A stretch of DNA of 64,000 nucleotides from Acidimicrobiales bacterium (GTDB taxonomy: Bacteria; Actinomycetota; Acidimicrobiia; Acidimicrobiales; Ilumatobacteraceae): positions 6,355 to 70,354 of the forward strand of contig JAURCL010000006.1 of assembly GCA_030828465.1 (NCBI GenBank), given 5' to 3'. The notes beneath the pieces were generated by a model. That model saw only the letters and a list, made by a program, of their open reading frames with translations, did no database searches and was not told the DNA's origin. A program made the translations under genes and the position numbers. Below, piece by piece: positions 52,490 through 61,088 of the stretch; the stretch's first letter is position 1; each line of letters opens with the position of its first letter.

Positions 52490-53224
52490 ATGGCCGTCTA
52501 CCTTTGCCACGAGCAGCCCGACCTCCTTGAGTACGAGGCCATCGTCGTCGGATCCCGTCCGGGCGCCGTGAACCTCGACCGAAGCGCCCTTCACCCGGGC
52601 GGCGGAGGTCAACTCGGCGACACCGCGGTCATCAGCACCCCAATCGGGCACCGACGAGTCACCGGGATCGAAATCGACAGCGACGGACAATGGTGGCACC
52701 TGCTCGACGACCCCTCTGCGCTCGTCGATGGGCCCGTGCTCATCAGCATCGACGGCGAGCGCCGACGTCGGATCGCCGCATTGCACACCATGAGCCACGT
52801 ACTCAACGCCCTCGTCTTCGAGGAGTTCGACGGCACCCTGGTGACCGGCGCCCAGATCAACGATGACGGTACGGGTCGAATGGACTTCGATCTCAGCGAG
52901 GTCGACAACGACCGGCTCCGTGCCCTCGCCGAGCCACTCAACAGAATCATCTCCGACGGGGTCACCGTCACGACCAAGTACGTCTCTACCGACGAGGCGG
53001 AATCAACGTCGGGCCTGGTTCGGAGCCTGTCCGTCGCGCCTCCACCGACGCCGGACGGGCGTCTCCGCGTGGTCGTCGTAGAGGGCATCGACCGGCAGGC
53101 CTGCGGTGGAACCCACCTCACCAACACCGCGCAGTCTCCTCCCCTGACGATCGACAAGATCGAGAACAAGGGGCGGCGGAATCGCCGCATCCGTTTCAGC
53201 GCCGCCGGACCGTTCCCGGACTGA
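52490..53224 (+). CDS. AlaX-like alanyl-tRNA editing domain protein (tRNA_SAD)
   Basis: HPGGGGQ..D.G, HTMSHVLNAL (HxxxH) and CGGTHL (CxxxH) motifs. Confidence 0.8.
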   Translation: MAVYLCHEQPDLLEYEAIVVGSRPGAVNLDRSALHPGGGGQLGDTAVISTPIGHRRVTGIEIDSDGQWWHLLDDPSALVDGPVLISIDGERRRRIAALHTMSHVLNALVFEEFDGTLVTGAQINDDGTGRMDFDLSEVDNDRLRALAEPLNRIISDGVTVTTKYVSTDEAESTSGLVRSLSVAPPPTPDGRLRVVVVEGIDRQACGGTHLTNTAQSPPLTIDKIENKGRRNRRIRFSAAGPFPD

Positions 53225-53261
53225 GGACCGGATCCCGGCACCCGAGCGTAGGGTTCTCGCC

Positions 53262-53663
53262 ATGCAGGTGATCTCGGCCTTGTTCGTGGAGGAGTTCAAC
53301 ATGCGTCAGGTCGACGGACCCTCGACTCGACTCGACCTCACCGGTGTCATGTTCTCCCTCAGGGCACCGGCACCTCCTCCGGTCACGATTGAGCCCCATC
53401 TCCTGGCACTGATCCACTGCCCACCGAACGAGAGCGGATCGGGGGTGTTCGAGGTGATCGTCACCTCCGACTCCGACCCCGAGTCGCAGGCCGAACAGAT
53501 CGCCCGGAACGTGAGCCCCTTCGAGGTCGAGCCCGGGAAGTTCACCTATCGACTGGTTCGCGCGGAGATCACCTTCGACGACCTCGGAACGGTGTATGCC
53601 CACTGCCGGATCGACCGCGGACGGTGGACCACGGTACCGCTCTCACTGCTCGCCCCTGCCTGA
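53262..53663 (+). CDS. hypothetical protein (133 aa), no family recognised
   Basis: ORF with coding-like third-position G/C. An alternative start is at M14 (53301). Confidence 0.4.
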   Translation: MQVISALFVEEFNMRQVDGPSTRLDLTGVMFSLRAPAPPPVTIEPHLLALIHCPPNESGSGVFEVIVTSDSDPESQAEQIARNVSPFEVEPGKFTYRLVRAEITFDDLGTVYAHCRIDRGRWTTVPLSLLAPA

Positions 53664-53708
53664 TCCCGCTCCCCCGCCGGCGAGGAGGTCACGGTTAGTG
53701 TCAACGCC

Positions 53709-55682
53709 GTGCTGACCGACGAACCGCCGCCGCTCGGCGAGGAACTCGACCAACTCGCCGTCGCCGTCATTAGGGGGCTCGCGATGGACGCTCCCCTCAC
53801 CGCCAACAGCGGCCATCAGGGGACCGCGATGGCTCTCGCGCCACTCGCCCACGTGCTCTACAGCCGAGTCATGAGAATTGATCCGGCCGATCCGCAGTGG
53901 AGCGACCGCGACCGGTTCATCCTGTCCGCGGGCCACGCATCCATCCTCCAGTACAGCCTGTTGATGCTGAGCGGTCTCGGTCTCGAAGTCGATGATCTTC
54001 GCGCGTTCCGGTCGCTTGGCTCGCTCACCCCGGGCCACCCAGAGGCCGGTCACACTCCTGGAGTCGAGGTGACCACCGGACCGCTCGGGCAGGGGTTCGC
54101 CAACGCCGTAGGTATGGCTCTCGCCGAGCGCCTTCAACGGGAGCGATTCGGTGCGGAAGCCGTCTCGCATCACACCTGGGTGATCGCCGGAGATGGTTGC
54201 TTGATGGAGGGTGTGAGCCACGAGGCGGCCTCGCTCGCCGGCCATCTCGGACTCGACCGCCTCATCTGCGTGTTCGACGACAACCGGATCACCATCGATG
54301 GTGGCACCGCCCTCGCCTGCGATGACGACGTGAGTGCGCGATTCGGCGCCTACGGATGGAGGGTGCTCGAACTCGGCGATATCGGAGAGGACCTCGACGC
54401 GCTCGAGGCCGCGCTCCGCTCGGCCCGCGACGGCGACGGACGTCCGACACTGCTCGTGCTGCGAACCCATATCGGGTTCCCGTCTCCCGATCACACCGAT
54501 AGCCACGCGGCTCACGGACTGGCCTTCGGCGCAGAGGACGTCGCACGCACCAAAGCGGTGCTCGGAATCCCCGATGAGCCGTTCCACGTGCCCGACGCCC
54601 TCGTTAATGCGTACCGGGCCCACACCGCGGCTCGAGCGGCAGTGTGCCGGTCGGCCTGGGAGTCCGCGAGCGCGGCGGTTCGTGCGACGCCTGAGTGGAC
54701 GGCGACCTTCAATCCCTCGGTTGAGAGCCTGTCTTCGGCGCTTCCCTCATGGGAGATGGGCGCCAAGGTCGCTACTCGTAAGGCCATCCAAGCAGCCCTT
54801 GACGCCACCTCCGACCTCCTTCCCGGGCTGGTCGCAGGGTCAGCCGATCTCACGGGGAACACCGGCACCAAGGTCGCTGGGCTCGACGTGCAGTCGTCCG
54901 GCGCTCCGTCCGGCCGACAGGTGCATTACGGAGTCAGAGAGCACGCGATGGGCTCGGCAATGGTCGGTCTCGCTCTCCACGGAGGCGCGCTGCCGGTGGG
55001 AGGAACGTTCCTCGTGTTCCTCGATTACATGCGCCCGCCCGTTCGCCTTGCCGCCCTCTCGGGCGCTCAGTGCGTCTTCGTGTTCAGTCACGATTCGGTC
55101 GCGGTGGGCGAGGACGGACCGACTCATCAACCCGTCGAGCACCTCGCCACCCTCCGCGCCGTTCCGGGCCTTCACGTCATTCGACCCGCCGATGCCAACG
55201 AAACCGCGGCCGCCTGGGCCGACGCGGTCGTGAACGACGGTCCCACCGTTCTCGTGCTCTCTCGACAGGACGTCGAGGTGGTGACGGACGGCTCGGCCGT
55301 GTGCACGGGAGCCGGGACCGTGGTCGACGCTGAGTCCCCCCGGCTCGTCATCGTGGGCACCGGCGCCGAGGTCAGTCTCGCCGTTCGAGCAGCCGAGACG
55401 CTTCGTGACGCGGGGATCAACGCGCGGGTGGTCTCCATGCCCTCGTGGGACCGTTTCCGCTCCCAACCACCCGAGACCATCGCCGCTCTCCTTCCTCCGG
55501 GTGTTCCCGTGCTCTCCGTCGAAGCGGCCAGCACCTTCGGGTGGTCTGAGTGGGCCGACAGGAGCGTGGGCATCGACTCCTTCGGTGTCAGCGCTCCCGG
55601 CGGCATCGCCCTCGAGCACCTCGGCATCTCCGTCGACGCGGTGGTCGAGGCGGCCCGCCAATTGATCGGAGCGGAGCGATGA
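53709..55682 (+). CDS. tkt: transketolase
   Basis: SGHQGTAMALAPLAHVLY, GDGCLMEGVSHEA and the HDSVAVGEDGPTHQPVEHL motifs; 657 aa. Confidence 0.95.
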   Translation: MLTDEPPPLGEELDQLAVAVIRGLAMDAPLTANSGHQGTAMALAPLAHVLYSRVMRIDPADPQWSDRDRFILSAGHASILQYSLLMLSGLGLEVDDLRAFRSLGSLTPGHPEAGHTPGVEVTTGPLGQGFANAVGMALAERLQRERFGAEAVSHHTWVIAGDGCLMEGVSHEAASLAGHLGLDRLICVFDDNRITIDGGTALACDDDVSARFGAYGWRVLELGDIGEDLDALEAALRSARDGDGRPTLLVLRTHIGFPSPDHTDSHAAHGLAFGAEDVARTKAVLGIPDEPFHVPDALVNAYRAHTAARAAVCRSAWESASAAVRATPEWTATFNPSVESLSSALPSWEMGAKVATRKAIQAALDATSDLLPGLVAGSADLTGNTGTKVAGLDVQSSGAPSGRQVHYGVREHAMGSAMVGLALHGGALPVGGTFLVFLDYMRPPVRLAALSGAQCVFVFSHDSVAVGEDGPTHQPVEHLATLRAVPGLHVIRPADANETAAAWADAVVNDGPTVLVLSRQDVEVVTDGSAVCTGAGTVVDAESPRLVIVGTGAEVSLAVRAAETLRDAGINARVVSMPSWDRFRSQPPETIAALLPPGVPVLSVEAASTFGWSEWADRSVGIDSFGVSAPGGIALEHLGISVDAVVEAARQLIGAER

Positions 55683-56767
55683 CCGATCTGGCGCGACTCC
55701 ACTCCGAATTCGGCCAGAGCATCTGGCTCGACAACCTCAGCCGCGACATCTTGACGAGCGGCGAACTCGATCGGTGGATCGCGCGAGGAGTGCGTGGCCT
55801 GACCTCAAACCCGACGATTTTCGCCAAGGCGATCGGTGGGTCGAACGACTACGACAGCCAGTTCTCCGGTCTCATCGGTGATGGCTTGGCTGCAGAGGAC
55901 GCCTACTGGGTGATGGTGGTTGACGACATCCGAGCTGCTTGCGATGCCTTCGTCGAGCTGTACCGGACCTCGGATCGCACCGATGGCTTCGTGTCGGTCG
56001 AGGTCTCCCCTGCTTTGGCCCGCGACGGCTCGGGAACTCTCGAGGCGGCCCGCGACCTGTCGGCGCGTGTCGATCGAGACAATGTGATGATCAAGATCCC
56101 TGCCACCGAGGAGTGCCTTGGCTCGATCCGAGGCGCGATCCGAGCCGGAATCTCGGTCAACACCACGCTGATCTTCGGCATCGAGCGTTATGCAGCGGTC
56201 GCGGAGGCATACATCTCCGGGCTGGAGGATCGAGTCGCCGATGGATTCGATGATCTGTCCGACGTCGCCGGGGTGGCCAGCTTCTTCATCTCCCGGGTCG
56301 ACACAGAGGTCGATCGTCGACTCGATCCCGACTCCGCCCTGCTCGGAGCTGCCGCCCTCGCCCAGGCCCGGATGGCCTACCGCGTGTTTGGCGAGCTGTT
56401 CTCCGGAGAGCGGTGGGCGCGCCTCGTCGGCCTCGGAGCGCGAGCGCAACGTCCGCTCTGGGCGAGCACGGGAACGAAAAATCCGGCCTACTCGGATGTC
56501 TGCTATGTCGATGGGCTCATCGGACCCGACACGGTCAACACGGTGCCGGAGTCGACACTCGCCGCCTTTCTCGATCACGGAAGCCTCGAGCGCAGCGTGG
56601 ACCGAGACGCCGAACGCGACGAACGCCGCCTCGCCGCTCTGCGCGAGGCTGGGATCGATCTCAAAGAGGTAGCCGATCTGCTCGAGGTCGAGGGCCTGGC
56701 CTCGTTCGCCACGAGCTTCGATGAGCTGATCGACGCGCTCAAGACGAAGGCTGGCTCGCTCAGGTGA
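55679..56767 (+). CDS. tal: transaldolase (actinobacterial long type)
   Basis: GQSIWLDNLSRD, GLTSNPTIF and VMIKIPAT (Schiff-base Lys). The ATG overlaps the tkt stop (ATGA). Confidence 0.95.
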   Translation: MTDLARLHSEFGQSIWLDNLSRDILTSGELDRWIARGVRGLTSNPTIFAKAIGGSNDYDSQFSGLIGDGLAAEDAYWVMVVDDIRAACDAFVELYRTSDRTDGFVSVEVSPALARDGSGTLEAARDLSARVDRDNVMIKIPATEECLGSIRGAIRAGISVNTTLIFGIERYAAVAEAYISGLEDRVADGFDDLSDVAGVASFFISRVDTEVDRRLDPDSALLGAAALAQARMAYRVFGELFSGERWARLVGLGARAQRPLWASTGTKNPAYSDVCYVDGLIGPDTVNTVPESTLAAFLDHGSLERSVDRDAERDERRLAALREAGIDLKEVADLLEVEGLASFATSFDELIDALKTKAGSLR

Positions 56768-57783
56768 CCGAGCCGTCGCTGGACGCGCTCGTCGAGGAAG
56801 CACTCGACCGGGTTGACGGCCCCGACTCGCGGATCGACCGTCGGATCGCTCGATCGCTTCTGACCGAGGCCCTCGGACTTCTCGAGGACCAACCCCATCC
56901 ACTCGACCTGAAGATCGCCACCAACGCGCTGAAGGAGATGCGCGAGGCCTACGAGATGTTCGCCCCGTTCCGGGATCGGAGGAAGGTCACCATCTTCGGC
57001 TCGGCGAGGACCGGGCCCGACGATCCGGTGTACCTCCAAACGGTGAGGGTTGCCGCGGAGCTCGCGAGCCGAGGCTGGATGGTGGTCACGGGCGCCGGCC
57101 CCGGGATCATGCAGGCCGGAATGGAGGGCGCGGGACGCGAAGCGAGCATCGGCGTGTCGATCCGCCTTCCCTTCGAGACCGGCGCCAACCCGGTGATCGC
57201 CGGCGACGCGAAGTACGTGAGCATGAAGTACTTCTTCACCCGAAAGCTCATGCTGATCAAGGAGTCGGCCGCCTTCGTCTGCCTACCCGGAGGATTCGGC
57301 ACCCTCGACGAGACCTTCGAGCTCCTCACGCTCACACAAACCGGCAAGGGGCTCCCGGTGCCGATCGTCTTGCTCGACACCCCGGACGACCCCTACTGGG
57401 AGGCGGTTGACGCCTTCATCCGCGAGCACCTGGTAGCCCGGTCGATGGTCGACCCGGATGACGTTTCCCTCTATCGGATCCACCATGACGCCAATGGAGT
57501 GGCCGAGGAGATTGAGGGGTTCTACACGAACTACCACAGCATCCGCTTCGTCGGTGATCGCCTGATCATCCGCCTGCGTGATCTGCCCTCCCCGTCCCGC
57601 CTCGACCAGCTGCGCCGAGACTTCGCCGATCTCTCCCGCGGCGGGTTCATCGAGGCCGTCGAGCCAACCTCGGCGGAGATCGCTGACGCCGACCAACTCG
57701 CTCTCGCCCGGCTCGCCGTCGACTACGACACTCGTCACGCCGCCGGCCTCCGCCTCCTGATCGACCGGCTCAACGCGGACTGA
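56764..57783 (+). CDS. long LOG-family (TIGR00730/PpnN-like) nucleotide 5'-monophosphate nucleosidase
   Basis: VTIFGSAR, VVTGAGPGIMQAGMEGA and LPGGFGTLDE motifs, plus N- and C-terminal extensions (339 aa). The GTG overlaps the tal stop (GTGA). Confidence 0.85.
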   Translation: MTEPSLDALVEEALDRVDGPDSRIDRRIARSLLTEALGLLEDQPHPLDLKIATNALKEMREAYEMFAPFRDRRKVTIFGSARTGPDDPVYLQTVRVAAELASRGWMVVTGAGPGIMQAGMEGAGREASIGVSIRLPFETGANPVIAGDAKYVSMKYFFTRKLMLIKESAAFVCLPGGFGTLDETFELLTLTQTGKGLPVPIVLLDTPDDPYWEAVDAFIREHLVARSMVDPDDVSLYRIHHDANGVAEEIEGFYTNYHSIRFVGDRLIIRLRDLPSPSRLDQLRRDFADLSRGGFIEAVEPTSAEIADADQLALARLAVDYDTRHAAGLRLLIDRLNAD

Positions 57784-57789
57784 GACGAA

Positions 57790-58005
57790 TCACCGGAGCT
57801 GCGATCGGAGCAGATTCACCGCCTTGTCGATCGACCGGCGGACCTTTTGCAGCTCGCGGTCGAGCGCCGGACGGTCGCCGCCGTCGGCGCTGGCTCGCCT
57901 CAACAGATCGAACATGACGTCATCGAGCTCCGAGGCGACGTCGATGAGGCGTTCGGCGAGGGTGTCGAGGCGGGCGGCGATCGCGTGGTCGATCGGGTCG
58001 TCCAT
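57790..58005 (-). CDS. possible small helical protein (71 aa)
   Basis: Internal ATG at 58005 in a 162-aa ORF whose upstream part would overlap the divergent ALDH gene. No family recognised. Confidence 0.3.
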   Translation of the reverse strand: MDDPIDHAIAARLDTLAERLIDVASELDDVMFDLLRRASADGGDRPALDRELQKVRRSIDKAVNLLRSQLR

Positions 58006-58029
58006 CGGCACCCATCGTAGGCTCGGGGG

Positions 58030-59427
58030 ATGAGCGATGAGCCCAACGAGGGAACCGGCGGCTGGACGGAGCGGATCGAAGCGCTTCGCGGCTCGACCTC
58101 GCTCCTGCACGAGGCGAGCGCGCGTTCCGAGCGTTTGAAGCGCCTCGAGGATCACCTCCGCGAGCATGAGGTCGAGTACGCGACGGCGTTGACGGCCGAT
58201 CTCGGCAAGAGCGCCACCGAGGCGTGGCTGACCGAGATCGGATTCGTCATCGGTCAGTCTCGCTACGCGCGTCGACACCTTCGCGAGTGGATGCGCCCGC
58301 GCCGGGTGTCACTACCCGCTGTCGCTCGACCCGGTCGCGGACGGGTGGTTCCAACCCCGCTCGGGGTGGTCTGCGTGATCGCGCCGTGGAACTATCCGCT
58401 CCACTTGGCGCTGGCCCCGGTGGTCGCCGCGGTAGCGGCTGGGAACTCGGTGGTGGTCAAGCCCTCAGAACTCGCGCCGAGAACAGCGGAGTTGATCGCT
58501 GCGAACCTTCCCTCGGTTCTCGGCACCGATATCTGCGAGGTGGTCACCGGCGGAGCCGAGGTCACCGCCGCCTTGTTGACGGAGCGCTTCGACCACCTCT
58601 TCTACACCGGAGGCGGACGGGTCGGGAGAATCGTCATGGAGGCGGCGTCCAGGCACCTCACCCCCGTCACCCTGGAACTTGGCGGCCGCAGTCCGGCCGT
58701 CGTATGCGCCGACGCCGATCTCTCGGTGACGGCCCGACGACTTGTGTGGGGCAAGTTCGTCAACGCCGGTCAGACCTGCGTCGCTCCCGACCACGTCGTC
58801 GTGGAGCGGGCGATCGCTGACCGCCTGACCTCGCTCATCGCTGCTGAGATCGAGGCAGCGTTCGGGTCGGACGCGTCGATGAGTGCCGATTACGGACGCA
58901 TCGTCAACACCCATCACGTCGACCGACTCGAGGGCCTCATTCGTGAGTCGGGAGCCACCACCGTCATCGGTGGCCAGATCGATCGCGACTCGCGCTTCGT
59001 CGCCCCGACCGTGCTCGTCGAGCCAGATCCCTCGTCGTCGGTGCTTGCCGACGAGATCTTCGGGCCGATCCTGCCAATCGTCGTCGTCGACGATCTCGAC
59101 TCCGAGCTCCGGCGAATGGCGGAAGGGCCGACTCCGCTCGCGCTCTACGTATTCACCGGGTCGGATCAGCGAGCTCGACAGGTGCTCGAGAAGGTTCCGA
59201 GCGGTGGAGCCGTCATCAACCACACGCTTCTGCACCTCGCCGTTCACGAACTTCCCTTCGGAGGTATGGGGGAGAGCGGGCACGGCTCGTATCACGGAAG
59301 GTCGGGTTTCGACCGGTTGAGTCACCTCCGCTCGGTCCTCCAGCGACCGACTCGCCCCGATCCACGGATTGCCTACCCGCCGTACGGACGAGTGGCTCAG
59401 CGCCTGCTGCGACGTCTTACCGGCTAG
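58030..59427 (+). CDS. aldehyde dehydrogenase (class 3-like, NAD(P)+)
   Basis: APWNYP, LELGGRSP, NAGQTCVAPDHV (catalytic Cys) and EIFGPILP motifs. Confidence 0.9.
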   Translation: MSDEPNEGTGGWTERIEALRGSTSLLHEASARSERLKRLEDHLREHEVEYATALTADLGKSATEAWLTEIGFVIGQSRYARRHLREWMRPRRVSLPAVARPGRGRVVPTPLGVVCVIAPWNYPLHLALAPVVAAVAAGNSVVVKPSELAPRTAELIAANLPSVLGTDICEVVTGGAEVTAALLTERFDHLFYTGGGRVGRIVMEAASRHLTPVTLELGGRSPAVVCADADLSVTARRLVWGKFVNAGQTCVAPDHVVVERAIADRLTSLIAAEIEAAFGSDASMSADYGRIVNTHHVDRLEGLIRESGATTVIGGQIDRDSRFVAPTVLVEPDPSSSVLADEIFGPILPIVVVDDLDSELRRMAEGPTPLALYVFTGSDQRARQVLEKVPSGGAVINHTLLHLAVHELPFGGMGESGHGSYHGRSGFDRLSHLRSVLQRPTRPDPRIAYPPYGRVAQRLLRRLTG

Positions 59428-60326
59428 GCGCTCGTCCAGCGGGTTCCCGAGCCGTCCCGCCAGAACGCGAGCCGGAGTTGCCCCTCCGCGGCGCGCTCCG
59501 CGTCGCTGAGACCGGCCTTGACCGCCATCAGCGTCGCGGCGAGGTCGCGCAGATCTCCGAGCATCCGCATCCGATCGGCGTTGACGTCCTTTCCGTAGCC
59601 CTGCTTGAACGCCTCGAACCACGCAGGGTCACCGCCCCAGTTCCTCGACCACACCGACATCGGGGCGAGATCCCACTCGGGAGGCGCGATGCACAGGAGG
59701 TCCCAGTCCACGAGGACCGGACCGTCCGGCCCGATGACGACATTGCCCGGATGGACGTCGCCGTGACAGAGCACGAGCTCGTCGTCGCCCCACTCATCCC
59801 AACCCGCGTAGTCGTCGAGGAGCAATCGAATCGCCGAGAGCGCGTTGGCATCGATCCGCGGGGCGCACTCCGCAAGCAGTGACTCGAAGTCCCACCAGGG
59901 AAAGGTTCTCGGGTCGGCGATCGGATGGTCGCCGGGCACCAGCTCCTGTGGCTCCCCTCGGTGCAGGAGGGCGACCGAACGACCGACTGACGTCCAGTCG
60001 ATCGACCCGACACCAACGGCCCGCCACCATGCCGTCACGATCAGGTCACCGTCGGCGAGAGATTCGTCGCGAGCAACGGCGGGTGCCGCGACCTCTCGCT
60101 CCGAGAGGCGAGAGGTGAGTTCGAGTTGAGACTCACCGCGACCGTTGACGTGACCGACTCGGAGGATCACCTGGTCCGAGACGTAGACACGATTCATCGA
60201 AGCTCGGAGCAGAGTGGGTTCGGCGAGATTCCATCGCATCGCGGCTGACCTGGCGAGTCGATCCGCGCGATCGGCGTCCAACACCGGCCGATCGACGTAG
60301 GGGCGCCCTGAGCGCGCCGCGACCAT
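59424..60326 (-). CDS. aminoglycoside/choline-kinase-like phosphotransferase (APH family)
   Basis: LCHGDVHPGNVVIGPDGPVLVDWD (Brenner motif). 4-nt convergent overlap with the ALDH stop. Confidence 0.8.
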   Translation of the reverse strand: MVAARSGRPYVDRPVLDADRADRLARSAAMRWNLAEPTLLRASMNRVYVSDQVILRVGHVNGRGESQLELTSRLSEREVAAPAVARDESLADGDLIVTAWWRAVGVGSIDWTSVGRSVALLHRGEPQELVPGDHPIADPRTFPWWDFESLLAECAPRIDANALSAIRLLLDDYAGWDEWGDDELVLCHGDVHPGNVVIGPDGPVLVDWDLLCIAPPEWDLAPMSVWSRNWGGDPAWFEAFKQGYGKDVNADRMRMLGDLRDLAATLMAVKAGLSDAERAAEGQLRLAFWRDGSGTRWTSA

Positions 60327-60330
60327 GACC

Positions 60331-60669
60331 TCAGTCGCGCTCGGAGCGCATCACCACAACCCGGCCGGGTTCCACCGGGGCACCGTCGACGAGGAGCGTC
60401 TCGTCGTCGTTGAGTCGCCCGTCGATCGGGTCGACTCGGCGGTCGAGTCGAGCGCGCAGTTCCCGCTCTCGGTTCGCCATGGCGAGCCTCCCCTCGCGCA
60501 CGGCTCCCGCCACGGTATCGACACCTTGCTCGGCGCGACGGCGTAGCCGCTCGGCCGCGTGAGTAGGTGACAGACGGCGAGCGGTTCGCACCACACGCCG
60601 CCGTGCGGAGCGCGCGCCGCTGATCCCGGCAACAACACCGGCGATAAACCAGGTCAAACGCTTGATCAC
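60331..60669 (-). CDS. hypothetical N-terminally anchored protein (112 aa)
   Basis: WFIAGVVAGISGA TM, then an Arg-rich helical region. The GTG start overlaps the upstream stop (GTGA). Confidence 0.5.
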   Translation of the reverse strand: MIKRLTWFIAGVVAGISGARSARRRVVRTARRLSPTHAAERLRRRAEQGVDTVAGAVREGRLAMANRERELRARLDRRVDPIDGRLNDDETLLVDGAPVEPGRVVVMRSERD

Positions 60670-61088
60670 GCGCGCCGCCTCTTCGACTCTCCGGTGACGA
60701 GCTCGAAGCGATCGCCGCCGGTTCTCAGCCGATCGACAGCTCGTTTCACACCCGTCACCACGCCGACCCCCTTGATCACCGGAGTGGCGAATACCCGTCG
60801 CGCTGCGCCACCACTTCGACCGACCGCCGAGGAGATCGCCTCCGCCGAGCCGAGCACCCGATCGAAGCGGACAAGGTCCTCTCGGGCAGCTCCGACGGCG
60901 TCACGTGCCTGATCGGTGCTGACGCGGAGTTCGCTGATCATGCGGTTCGACTGGTCGCGGAGTTCTCGAACCTCGAGGCGAAGAGCCGCCAAGGCATCGA
61001 GCACCCGAACGAGCGCCACGGCGAGTGCTGCCAGGCCGATCGCGCAGAGCACGATCGCGGCCACGAGCACCAATTCACCGGTCGTCAT
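60666..61088 (-). CDS. DUF948-like membrane-anchored coiled-coil protein
   Basis: LVLVAAIVLCAIGLAALAVALV TM, followed by coiled-coil LRLEVRELRDQSNRMISELR. The ATG overlaps the rarA stop (ATGA). Confidence 0.7.
   Translation of the reverse strand: MTTGELVLVAAIVLCAIGLAALAVALVRVLDALAALRLEVRELRDQSNRMISELRVSTDQARDAVGAAREDLVRFDRVLGSAEAISSAVGRSGGAARRVFATPVIKGVGVVTGVKRAVDRLRTGGDRFELVTGESKRRRA

Noticed and set aside
53643-54623. 326-aa minus-strand ORF antisense to tkt
   Set aside because: Transketolase motifs are unambiguous on the plus strand.
55805-56902. 365-aa minus-strand ORF antisense to tal/LOG
   Set aside because: Shadow ORF crossing a gene junction.
58465-59622. 385-aa minus-strand ORF antisense to the ALDH gene
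   Set aside because: ALDH catalytic motifs are on the plus strand, and the antisense translation is Arg/Gly-rich.
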